Origin: an uncultured Gammaproteobacteria bacterium
GTDB taxonomy: Bacteria; Patescibacteriota; Microgenomatia; UBA8517
Direction: 5' to 3'
NCBI GenBank assembly: GCA_964600575.1
Contig: CAZRJH010000002.1
Coordinates: forward strand, 53,627 to 117,626
Length of the DNA: 64,000 nucleotides
Positions within the stretch are counted from its first letter, which is position 1; each line of letters starts with the position of its first letter. Of the stretch, positions 39,295 to 47,875 are shown one piece after another. The notes beneath the pieces are model-generated. The model did not search any database, had not been told where the DNA came from, and saw nothing but the letters and a program-made list of their open reading frames with translations. A program made the translations under genes and the position numbers.

Positions 39295-41022
39295 TCAAGT
39301 TTCTACAACCAAAGGAAGGATCATCGGGCGTCTGCCTGTTTTTTGGAAGAAATACTTTTCCAGAAAATCAATTGTGGTATTCCTTATAAAAAGTGTGTTG
39401 ACTGCTTTCTTTCGATCGAGTACCTTTGCCAAATCACGAGCGGCGTCGTCTAAAAGACCTCCGTATTTTTGTTCGAAAACAAAGCCTCTACTAATTATTT
39501 CTGGCATAGCACTTAATACACCCTCGTTTCTGTCAAACTGACACATAGCTATAACCACCCCTTCTTTAGATAAAATATGTCTATCTCTTAAAACTGTGTT
39601 GCCAACATCGCCAATCCCAAGGCCGTCAACTAAAACTTCTTTTACCGTAATCTTTCCGAATTTTCTTGCAACCCCGCCAACAAATTCAACAATATCACCA
39701 GGTAAAAGAGCTAATATTTCTTTTTCTTCGGCACCCATACTTTGGGCTATAAGACCATAGGCTCTATTATGCCTGACAGTTCCACCAATCGGAATAAAAT
39801 ACTTAGGTCTAACTAACGCAAAAAGCATCTCGATATCCTTGATGCAACCATGTCCTGAAACGTGTAAATCTTCCTGCATGTCGTAATAATGAACGTCAAC
39901 GTCCGATTCGATAAGTTTATCAACTAAAAAGTCTACATTGGCTTTACTCCCGGGAGGGGCCGGGTCGGCCGAAAAAATTACAACATCACCTTTGCCGATG
40001 GATAAAAAGTCATGATCTCCCAAACACAATCTATAAAGCGCACTTCCGGGCTGGCCGTAACTACCCGAGATTATGTACAAAACTTTATTTGCTGGAAGTC
40101 TTGCAGCCTGTTTTGGCTGAACAATTATATCTTTTGCTTGTGACATAAAACCCAAGTCTCTTGCTATTTCGGATTTTCTGACAATTGAACGGCCAATAAA
40201 ACAAACTTTTCTTCCTGTTTTTGCAGCAACATTCAAAGTTTGCTGCATTCTACTTATGTTTGAAGAAATTGTGGTTAGATAGACTTTACCTTTAGCATCC
40301 CTAACAATAGGCTCTATTCTTCCTTCAATTTCTTTTTCGCTTTCAGTGTATCCCGGAGAGGTTGAACCCAACGCGTCCGAAGCAAGTGCAAGTGCCCCAC
40401 CTGAAGCCAACACAGAAAGCTTTGCTACATCAAATGGACGTCCGTCAACGGGGGTCCAATCAAACTTATAATCAGGAACATGGAACATTTTTCCTTCGGG
40501 CGTATCGATACAAAATCCAACTCCGTCGGGAACCGAATGTGCAACTCTAAAAGGTGTTACTTTAAAAACTCCTAAAGTTAAAACATCGCGTTCCGGATCA
40601 AACACTTTAAGACTACCCTGAACCTCCGCATCATCTAGTTTTTCCTGGATAAAACCGGCGACCAACTTACTTGCATAAACCGTAGTTTTTACATCTTTTA
40701 AAAGGAAGGGCAGACCACCTATGTGATCTTCGTGTCCATGAGAAATTAAAATGCCGCGAAGTTTGTGAATGTTTTGTTTTATGTAAGAAAAATCAGGAAT
40801 AACCAAATCCACACCAAACATTTCGGATTCGGGAAAACCCACGCCACAATCAACGACAATCATGTCGTTGCCATATTCATACACATACAGGTTTTCGGTA
40901 ACCCCAGTTGTTCCCGAAAGTGCCACAAACTTAACACCCCCCGTTACTTTTGTAGTAACAGTGGCGTTTGCAACTTTTACATTTTCATTCTTCATATTTT
41001 TGTTTTGCGAAGAGATTTTCAT
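39295..41022 (-). CDS. rnj: Ribonuclease J
   Basis: SHGHEDHIG; HSVPD; DYKFD; HVSGH; RRPMILP. Start taken at ATG 41022 (40995 also possible). Confidence 0.96.
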   Translation of the reverse strand: MKISSQNKNMKNENVKVANATVTTKVTGGVKFVALSGTTGVTENLYVYEYGNDMIVVDCGVGFPESEMFGVDLVIPDFSYIKQNIHKLRGILISHGHEDHIGGLPFLLKDVKTTVYASKLVAGFIQEKLDDAEVQGSLKVFDPERDVLTLGVFKVTPFRVAHSVPDGVGFCIDTPEGKMFHVPDYKFDWTPVDGRPFDVAKLSVLASGGALALASDALGSTSPGYTESEKEIEGRIEPIVRDAKGKVYLTTISSNISRMQQTLNVAAKTGRKVCFIGRSIVRKSEIARDLGFMSQAKDIIVQPKQAARLPANKVLYIISGSYGQPGSALYRLCLGDHDFLSIGKGDVVIFSADPAPPGSKANVDFLVDKLIESDVDVHYYDMQEDLHVSGHGCIKDIEMLFALVRPKYFIPIGGTVRHNRAYGLIAQSMGAEEKEILALLPGDIVEFVGGVARKFGKITVKEVLVDGLGIGDVGNTVLRDRHILSKEGVVIAMCQFDRNEGVLSAMPEIISRGFVFEQKYGGLLDDAARDLAKVLDRKKAVNTLFIRNTTIDFLEKYFFQKTGRRPMILPLVVET

Positions 41023-41056
41023 ATTCGAAGCATCTATATTGTAACCAATAATCGAT

Positions 41057-41647
41057 TTAATTGGAATCCCGCAATAATTTTGACAGTTCAATAAAATCTT
41101 TTTTCTCCGCCTCAAGCACATTTCCGTTTCTAAGACTTGCGGCAGGATGATACATTGGGACCACCACAACTTTTCTATTATTAAATTCTACTTCGTACTT
41201 TTTGCCGTGTACCTGAGAAATGAATACATCCTGTAAAAATTTTCCCATAGAAAATCTTCCTAATGTAATAATTATTTTTGGATCGATTATTTTTATAATT
41301 TCATCCAGATACTTTCCGTATGCCGCTATTTCTTCTGGTAAAGGGTCTCTGTTTTCGGGCGGTCTATGGTGAACAACGTTTGTGATAAAAACTTTTTTTC
41401 TTTCGAGCCCTGCCAAAACTAAAAGTTTATCCAACAACTTACCCGCCTGTCCCACAAATGGTATCCCCTCCCTATCTTCATTAAAACCGGGACCTTCACC
41501 AATACACAAAATCTTTGCTTCGGTATTACCCGTTCCAAAAACAAGACATGTTGCCCCTTTTTTAAGAGGAAGAGTTTCGTCTTTCTCCATATCATTTTTT
41601 AGTTTGTGGAGTTTTTCGTATTTTTCGTGAACTTTACCCTTATTCAT
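41057..41647 (-). CDS. Family-4-like uracil-DNA glycosylase lacking Fe-S cysteines
   Basis: GEGPG..ED..G.PFVGQAG; NVVHHRPPENRDP; YHPAA. Confidence 0.92.
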   Translation of the reverse strand: MNKGKVHEKYEKLHKLKNDMEKDETLPLKKGATCLVFGTGNTEAKILCIGEGPGFNEDREGIPFVGQAGKLLDKLLVLAGLERKKVFITNVVHHRPPENRDPLPEEIAAYGKYLDEIIKIIDPKIIITLGRFSMGKFLQDVFISQVHGKKYEVEFNNRKVVVVPMYHPAASLRNGNVLEAEKKDFIELSKLLRDSN

Positions 41648-42116
41648 CTTCTATAAATTCTACCAACCCGTTTTCGGTATCATAAACAGCAAAATTATTG
41701 CCGTTAGTTATTGCACCAGGTCTAACTATCCTAATTCCATTTAGGATAGTATCGTCTTTGGAATGTCTGTGACCACAAAAGACGATATCGGTATCTATAT
41801 TTTCAAAAAATTTTTTGACATCCCGAGGCCTATGAGTTATGCCTATATTTTTACCTTCAATATTTTCTAATAAGTATTCTGTTCCAAATTTTTTTGAATT
41901 AAGTTTTAGATTTTGTTCCAGGGTGGAATCTATGTCTGCGTTTCCTAAAACGGCATAAAGTGGAATACCAAAAGAGGTAACTTTATTTGCAGATTCCAAA
42001 TTATTCCAATCACCGCAATGAATAATTAGACCGGCTTTTATTTTTTGTGCAAAACCCATTACATGGTTTAGATTTGTAATGTTTCCATGAGAGTCTGACA
42101 TAATCAAAATTTTCAT
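41640..42116 (-). CDS. YfcE/MJ0936-family metallophosphoesterase
   Basis: SDSHGN; HCGD; GNAD; THR; GHRH; RPG. Confidence 0.92.
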   Translation of the reverse strand: MKILIMSDSHGNITNLNHVMGFAQKIKAGLIIHCGDWNNLESANKVTSFGIPLYAVLGNADIDSTLEQNLKLNSKKFGTEYLLENIEGKNIGITHRPRDVKKFFENIDTDIVFCGHRHSKDDTILNGIRIVRPGAITNGNNFAVYDTENGLVEFIEDE

Positions 42117-42161
42117 CTATGCATTTTAGCATTGCCACAACACATTGAATTAACTATGCCG

Positions 42162-43208
42162 TCACTGAGGCATAAACTGTTTAACATTTTGGGGGGTAAC
42201 ACTAACCTGGGTTGCTTTACCTTCTACCATAAGTCTGGCAACTTTTCGTACAACACCGTCTATATTTCTTTCCAGTGTACGAATACCTGCATCAAACCCT
42301 AGCGGTCTAACTATGTTTATCCAAACTTCGTCATCAATTGTAAGTGAGCCTTCGGGTAAACCTGATGCCTTGAGGGCATGGGGCAAAATATATTTTTTGG
42401 CAATAACAATTTTTTCCTGATCGGAATACGAAGGCATAGAAATAGGCTCAATACGATCCATAACGGCTGTAGCAATATTTGTAGTGTTATTGGCCGTTGC
42501 AATAAACAAAGCTTCCGATAAATCCACGGGGAAATCTATATAGTGGTCGGTGAACGCCTTATTCTGTTTGGGATCCAAAAGTTCCACCAAAACACCCATT
42601 ATCGAGGCCCTGCCTTGTTCGGTAACACGGTCAATTTCGTCCAAAAGAATAACAGGATTTTTTGATTGGCAATCTCTTAGTGCTTTAATAATTTTTCCGG
42701 GTTCTGCTTCGGGATGCATTCTGGACTGTCCGCGAAGGTCTAAAGGATCTCCCATTCCTCCGAAAGGAATACGGGCAATAGGTCGACCCAAAGCCTCGGC
42801 AATAGAATATGCAATAGTTGTTTTACCTGTACCCACAAGTCCCACAAAACACAAAATTGGAGCTCTGTAGATATCTGCACTCTCGCCGCGTTCGGTTTTG
42901 AGTTTCATGACACTCATATATTCCAAAACCCTTTCTTTTAACTCGGCCAGTCCATAGTGGTGTTGCTCCAAAATTGTTGCAGCATTTGCTAAGTCCAAAA
43001 TATCTTTAGTCCTTTTATTCCAGGGCATTATAGTTACCCAATCTATATATTTAACCATTGAGTCAAACTCGGGAAGAAAGGAGGGTGAATTAGTTAATTT
43101 AGCAAGTTGTCCTAGTCTGACAAGCACTCGCTCTCTAAGTTGATCGGGCATGTCAGATGCCTTAACTTTTTCTACTAAAACTGTTATTTCTTGTGCGGCA
43201 GTATCCAT
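42162..43208 (-). CDS. Lon-type AAA+ ATPase module with no protease domain
   Basis: YIDW...MPW, HHYGLAELKERVLEY, GLVGTGKT, NPVILLDEIDR, LLDPKQN..FTDHY, FIATAN, DRIE, GIRTLER; ends after the small AAA subdomain. Confidence 0.9.
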   Translation of the reverse strand: MDTAAQEITVLVEKVKASDMPDQLRERVLVRLGQLAKLTNSPSFLPEFDSMVKYIDWVTIMPWNKRTKDILDLANAATILEQHHYGLAELKERVLEYMSVMKLKTERGESADIYRAPILCFVGLVGTGKTTIAYSIAEALGRPIARIPFGGMGDPLDLRGQSRMHPEAEPGKIIKALRDCQSKNPVILLDEIDRVTEQGRASIMGVLVELLDPKQNKAFTDHYIDFPVDLSEALFIATANNTTNIATAVMDRIEPISMPSYSDQEKIVIAKKYILPHALKASGLPEGSLTIDDEVWINIVRPLGFDAGIRTLERNIDGVVRKVARLMVEGKATQVSVTPQNVKQFMPQ

Positions 43209-43267
43209 AAAAAATCAATCTTAAATTCTATTCAGTGTAGCACTTAAAAACTTTCTAATGAAGATTT

Positions 43268-43358
43268 ATTCTAGAACCTAAGAACCTCAATTGTTAGCAA
43301 TTGAGATGAATTAGATTCTGGAATGGCATACTCCAACAATAAGAAGTTCTACTTGCCA
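43268..43358. other. Structured intergenic element (two imperfect hairpins)
   Basis: ATTCTAGAACCTAA/TTAGATTCTGGAAT enclosing CTCAATTG-TTAG-CAATTGAG; adjacent TGGCA...TGCCA stem. Confidence 0.55.
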
Positions 43359-43369
43359 CAAGGAGAATG

Positions 43370-45718
43370 TCATCTTCCGAAGTCACTACCACCACTCGAA
43401 TTATTGTCTCCCATTAGTCTCGATGCCGGAAAATGAGGTCCCCCACTCGCGCCCCTGTCGGCCCTGTCAAAACTTCTTCCCCGTTGGAATCCGCCTCTAC
43501 CACCACCGAATCCGCCTCTACCACCACCGCGTCCGCCACCAAATCCGCCTCTACCTCCACCGAATCCGCCTCGTCCGCCACCTCTTCCGCCTCTGTCACC
43601 AAATTTAGCTTGTCTTTCGGCTTTGATTTTTTCGTCCATTGCCGGATCCATATTCATACTAAGGTTTATTCTTCCCATATCGTCTACCTCTTTAACTCTA
43701 ACCTGAACTTTTTGTCCAATACTCACCACATCTCCTGCGTCTTTAACAAAACCTTCCTGACCCATATCGGAAACATGGACCATTCCGTCTTTGCCGGGAA
43801 GAATATTCACAAAAGCTCCAAAAGACATAAGTCTTACTACCTCACCCTCGTAAATCTCTCCGGGTTGAACAACTTTGGCAAACCCCTCTACAAAGCTTAC
43901 TGCTTGCTGCATCTTATCCGGATCAACTCCTGAAACCGCAACACTTCCGTCATCCTCTACATCTATCTGACAACCTGTGTCAGCCATAAGTTTTTTGATA
44001 TTCTTACCAGAAGGACCGATAAATTCTCCAATCTTTTCGACAGGAATCTTAACAACTTTAATCTTAGGGGCAAACTGAGAAACGGCTGTTCTTGGGGAAG
44101 ATAGAGTGTCTGTAATTGCTTTCATCACTTGCCCTCTCGCGTCTTTTGATTGTTCGAGCGCTTTTTCCAAAATCTCTTTAGTTAAGTTGAGAGTTTTAAC
44201 ATCAAGCTGAAGTGCTGTGATACCTGCTTCTGTTCCTGCAACTTTAAAGTCCATGTCGCCGTTAAAGTCCTCTATTCCCATAATGTCTGAAAGGACTGCA
44301 AATTCTTTTTCGCTTTCGATAATAAGTCCCATGGCAATTCCGGCAACCGGAGCTTTTATGGGAACTCCAGCGTCCATCAAAGAAAGAGTAGAGCCTACGA
44401 CCGATGCCATAGAGGTAGAGCCGTTGGAACTCATAACTTCTGAAACAACTCTTATTGTGTAAGGAAATTCGTCTTGTGAGGGAATTACAGGAACAAGTGC
44501 GCGTTCTGCAAGTGCACCGTGTCCGATTTCTCGTCTTCCGGGGTTTCCAAATCTTCCTGTTTCTCCACTGGCATAAGGAGGCATTGAATATTGATGCATA
44601 TATCTCTTTTCTACCTCACCCTCGGCGGATTCCAAAAGAAGCCCCATTGATTGGGCTCCGAGTGTGGCAACTGACAAAACGTGTGTCTGACCTCTCTTGA
44701 AAAGAGCTGATCCGTGAACTCTGGGTAAGTAACCCACTTCTCCCGAGAGTTTTCTAACTTCTGTAAGTTTTCTGCCGTCCGGTCTTACACCTTTTTTAAG
44801 AATTTGTTCCCTTATGTAGTCTTTCTTCATATGGTCCAAAATCTCGGGAATCCACTTTGCATCTTCTTCTGTAACGTTGGCGATTACCGCATCAATAAGA
44901 TCCTGCATTTCCGTGGATCTTCCGTTTTCTACATGGACCAAACTTTCTACAACTCCGGAGATTTTGTCTCCCGCTAATTTTTTAACTTGTTTTTCAAGTT
45001 CTGCACTCGGGCCTTCTACAACATAAGTCTCTCTTTCGCGCCCTGCTTCTTTAGAAAGATCTTCGATTAGTTTGAGTACTGCTTTTGATTCTTTCTGAGC
45101 AAACTCAACACCTTTTACTATTTGCTCTTCTGTAACTTCATTTGCTCCCGCCTCGATCATAAGCACTGCTTCCTTTGTTGAAGAAACTGTTAGATCCATC
45201 AAAGATTTTGCCATATCCTCGGTTGTAGGATTTACTTTGTATTCACCATCTACAAGACCAACGGACAAAGGAGCAACAGGACCTTTCCAAGGAAGCGAAG
45301 ATACATGAACCGCTGCCGAAGCTGCGATGGCACCTAGAATTACCGGGTCGTTAACCATATCTACGGCCAAAACAGTAACAATTACCTGAACTTCTTTTTT
45401 GTAAGTTTTGGGGAAAAGAGGCCTAATAGATCTGTCTATAAGTCTTGCAGAGAGAATCTCTTCGTCTGTTGGCCTACCTTCTTTTTTGACCCACTTACTG
45501 CCCTTGATTCTTCCTCCTGCATAGAGTCTTTCCAGATATTCTACGGAGAGTGGAAAATAATCAAGCTCCATCTTAAGAGGTGCCGAAGCAACAGTCGCCA
45601 AAACAACTGTTTCGCCCATTCTGGCCAAAACAGCACCGGCTGCTTGTTCTGCAAGTTCACCTGTAGTTAGCGTTAGAGTTCTTCCTCCGAGATCTAGTGT
45701 TTTTGTAATCTTCTTCAT
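43370..45718 (-). CDS. pnp: Polyribonucleotide nucleotidyltransferase with RGG-rich tail
   Basis: RLIDRSIRPLF; RREIGHG; SNGSTSMAS; DFNGDMDFKVAGT; KH and S1 domains. Confidence 0.99.
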   Translation of the reverse strand: MKKITKTLDLGGRTLTLTTGELAEQAAGAVLARMGETVVLATVASAPLKMELDYFPLSVEYLERLYAGGRIKGSKWVKKEGRPTDEEILSARLIDRSIRPLFPKTYKKEVQVIVTVLAVDMVNDPVILGAIAASAAVHVSSLPWKGPVAPLSVGLVDGEYKVNPTTEDMAKSLMDLTVSSTKEAVLMIEAGANEVTEEQIVKGVEFAQKESKAVLKLIEDLSKEAGRERETYVVEGPSAELEKQVKKLAGDKISGVVESLVHVENGRSTEMQDLIDAVIANVTEEDAKWIPEILDHMKKDYIREQILKKGVRPDGRKLTEVRKLSGEVGYLPRVHGSALFKRGQTHVLSVATLGAQSMGLLLESAEGEVEKRYMHQYSMPPYASGETGRFGNPGRREIGHGALAERALVPVIPSQDEFPYTIRVVSEVMSSNGSTSMASVVGSTLSLMDAGVPIKAPVAGIAMGLIIESEKEFAVLSDIMGIEDFNGDMDFKVAGTEAGITALQLDVKTLNLTKEILEKALEQSKDARGQVMKAITDTLSSPRTAVSQFAPKIKVVKIPVEKIGEFIGPSGKNIKKLMADTGCQIDVEDDGSVAVSGVDPDKMQQAVSFVEGFAKVVQPGEIYEGEVVRLMSFGAFVNILPGKDGMVHVSDMGQEGFVKDAGDVVSIGQKVQVRVKEVDDMGRINLSMNMDPAMDEKIKAERQAKFGDRGGRGGGRGGFGGGRGGFGGGRGGGRGGFGGGRGGFQRGRSFDRADRGASGGPHFPASRLMGDNNSSGGSDFGR
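43487..43600 (-). repeat. Coding tandem repeat (GGGRGGF units)
   Basis: Imperfect repeats of GAATCCGCCTCTACCACCACC on the plus strand, encoding RGG/FGG in the PNPase tail. Confidence 0.85.
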
Positions 45719-45750
45719 TTATTTTTATAAACAAGCTTTGCTTATTTGGG

Positions 45751-45815
45751 GTAAGCTGGAGATTGTATTCTGAAGTCCCGCCGTTGCGGGACACCATCTT
45801 CAACCTCTAACCTAC
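45751..45815 (-). promoter_or_regulatory. Long stem-loop between rpsO and pnp (candidate RNase III site)
   Basis: GTAGGTTAGAGGTTG pairs with CAATCTCCAGCTTAC at 14 of 15 positions on the minus strand (three G-U); apical GTCCCGC-AACG-GCGGGAC. Confidence 0.7.
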
Positions 45816-45825
45816 AGTTTATATT

Positions 45826-46095
45826 TTACTTCTCTAATTTTAATTCCTCAATAAGCTTTTTGTATCTTTCTTCGTCTCTTCTTCTTAGATAGTTCAAAAG
45901 TCTTCTCCTTTTGGCAACCATGGAAAGCAAACCACGCCTTGAATGAACGTCCTTTTTGTGCTCCTTAAGATGTCCGACTAGCTTCTCTATTTGGATAGTA
46001 AGAAGCGCAACCTGAACCTCGGGCGAACCAGTGTCGCCTTTTTCGCGGGAGAACTTTTTGATAATGTCTTGTTTGTGATCTTTGGCTAGTGCCAT
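45826..46095 (-). CDS. rpsO: 30S ribosomal protein S15
   Basis: [13 protein letters not shown]; [12 protein letters not shown]. Confidence 0.99.
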   Translation of the reverse strand: MALAKDHKQDIIKKFSREKGDTGSPEVQVALLTIQIEKLVGHLKEHKKDVHSRRGLLSMVAKRRRLLNYLRRRDEERYKKLIEELKLEK

Positions 46096-46200
46096 AGGTG
46101 TCTTTAAGACTAATCTGTCATGATATTCAAAGTAGGCTTATTTCAAAGCTAACCTTGAGTACATCTTGGGTATTTTAACACAGATCACGCTCAGATTCAA
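46096..46200 (-). promoter_or_regulatory. rpsO promoter and structured leader (candidate S15 autoregulatory RNA)
   Basis: TTGAAT-17 nt-TAAAAT with extended TG; leader stem TACTCAAGG...CTTTGAATA with inner GCTT/AAGC. Confidence 0.6.
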
Positions 46201-46210
46201 AGAGGATATT

Positions 46211-46864
46211 TTACCGGCCATTTACCACAGTCTGAAAAGCATTAATTAGGGGTTGTATTTTTTCTTTCATAACATTAAATCTACCTTTGGAATAGTCGTG
46301 CCTGGAATCAAAAGTCGACAAATCTACTCTAAAATCTTCCATGTCACGAGTTCCATATTCAACTGTGGAAATAGACATCGCTCTAGGCAAAGATCTTTCA
46401 TTTGGTATAGAAGACATTACCTTGTTGCTGTCGATAAAAGCAATACTCGCTAATTTACCATTTACAGGGTCAAATCCAACTCTTACGAGATCTCCTTCAA
46501 CCTGTGCAAAGGGTATTTCTTTTATTTGTTCTGCATCAATTCCATCTTTTAACTGTCCCATTTCTATAAAAAACGGGTTTGCAGAAGTTCCGGTTGCTCG
46601 AAAAAAATATTCTTTTCCGTTTACATTAACGGCCTCGCAGCCGCCGTTGTACGGACCTTTTTCTTTGAAATTAGCAGCTATTTTACTTCTTATAGCAGTT
46701 AGGGCGTTTTCCAAATTTGGCATTAGAGCTCTGTCGGCAGCTCTTTCTGCCGCTTCTTTCTCTAACGCAGCTTGTTCCGCTTTATCTCTTTTTTCTTGTT
46801 CGTCTCTTATTGGTCTAACAGCTTTGCTAAGTCTTTCTGCCATTACATCAAAACTTTCGGTCAT
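46211..46864 (-). CDS. Hypothetical protein with N-terminal coiled coil
   Basis: 217-aa ORF; EQEKRDKAEQAALEKEAAERAA; TAAGAT 5 nt before ATG. Confidence 0.75.
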   Translation of the reverse strand: MTESFDVMAERLSKAVRPIRDEQEKRDKAEQAALEKEAAERAADRALMPNLENALTAIRSKIAANFKEKGPYNGGCEAVNVNGKEYFFRATGTSANPFFIEMGQLKDGIDAEQIKEIPFAQVEGDLVRVGFDPVNGKLASIAFIDSNKVMSSIPNERSLPRAMSISTVEYGTRDMEDFRVDLSTFDSRHDYSKGRFNVMKEKIQPLINAFQTVVNGR

Positions 46865-46898
46865 ACTATATCTTAGCGTAAATTATGAAGGAGGTTCC

Positions 46899-47858
46899 TT
46901 AACCTTTGTTTTCCGAGAAAGATTCGGGCTGATTAGAGGTTGAACCTTTAAAAACTTTTGGCTGCAGCCAGTCGTCGGGGGGAGTGATATCAGCCTCACT
47001 TTCATTTGTTCCTTCAAGGTCTACCGAGTCGTTTTCGTCAAAAACCGGCGGCATGGGCGGCATTTGTTGCATCTTTGGAAGTTTAATTCCGGGCATTATT
47101 GGCATTCCGGGAATTGCACCGGGCGGGAAATTCATAGGGCTAAGTTTATTCTTGGGCATCCTTCTACCTCCGCTTCTTAGCAAAAAGGCAAATGTTTCAA
47201 AGGTTTCTGCGCGAACTTCCGAGCTTTCAAAATGAGAGCTACCTTCTTCTATTCCCATTATTAAGTTTGTTGCTATGTCGGGGTCTATTGTAAACTCATT
47301 TGTTTTAACCAAGTCTGCAACTATTTCGCTGGTTGAAGACCCGGGTTTTGATAACGAAATCACATCCTTTGCAGATGATAAGACTCTGGTTCCAATGTGA
47401 ACGATTTTGCTTACGTTAAAGTCAGGTGCAGTTAGAATCGGAAAATGTGTTTCGTTTGCTCCACCTATCAAAATAACTAAGTCAGCAGACATTCCTGAAT
47501 AATTAAGATTCAAATTTTCTTTTTGGGGAGCACCAAATCCGACTTTAGGAACCACCGTTAGTTTAAACTCTCCGTTTTCTATATCGTAGCTTACTTTTTC
47601 TATATTGGTTGCGTCGTACCCGGCAAACCGAATAGTCAGGTTTTTATTGCCGATTTCGGAGACTATTTTATTGACACCTATTAGTCTATTGAATCCGACA
47701 GTCATGGGACTGGGGCAAACTATAGCGGTTTCTTTTTTATCTCTCATCGAAAGATACAAAGAAAGTCCTGCCGCAACTTGGTCAAAATACGGTTTTGTAG
47801 GCAAAATAACGAGTACGGAAGAAGACGATTCAATAAGCTGAGAGAGTGTATTATCCAT
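46899..47858 (-). CDS. Degenerate DHH/NrnA-like protein
   Basis: SVLVILP...DQVAAGLSL; DLVILIG; SSTSEIV; IATNLIMGI...SSHF follow the DHH fold, but IVHIG replaces IDHH; Pro/Met-rich tail ending DDWLQPKVFKG. Confidence 0.7.
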   Translation of the reverse strand: MDNTLSQLIESSSSVLVILPTKPYFDQVAAGLSLYLSMRDKKETAIVCPSPMTVGFNRLIGVNKIVSEIGNKNLTIRFAGYDATNIEKVSYDIENGEFKLTVVPKVGFGAPQKENLNLNYSGMSADLVILIGGANETHFPILTAPDFNVSKIVHIGTRVLSSAKDVISLSKPGSSTSEIVADLVKTNEFTIDPDIATNLIMGIEEGSSHFESSEVRAETFETFAFLLRSGGRRMPKNKLSPMNFPPGAIPGMPIMPGIKLPKMQQMPPMPPVFDENDSVDLEGTNESEADITPPDDWLQPKVFKGSTSNQPESFSENKG

Positions 47859-47875
47859 TAAAAAATTGGGGCAGA

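Noticed and set aside
41023-41169. Long N-terminal extension of RNase J overlapping the UDG gene
   Set aside because: Artefact of the longest-ORF start; a TACAAT box and an ATG at 41022 give a non-overlapping gene. Similar over-extensions were trimmed for rpsH, rplE, rpoB, ruvX, alaS and hrcA.
42162-43208. Lon pseudogene created by a frameshift
   Set aside because: No protease-domain sequence is visible downstream; the next gene starts 45 nt later with its own -10 box. Kept as a finding instead.
43236-43262. TAGCACTT upstream of the Lon-like gene as a CIRCE
   Set aside because: Only a half-site; no second arm at 9-nt spacing. The same applies to TTAGCACC near 17060.
43487-43600. Tandem repeats as a possible CRISPR array
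   Set aside because: No unique spacers; the repeats are in-frame Gly/Arg codons of pnp. The same applies to the PT repeats at 63013-63102.
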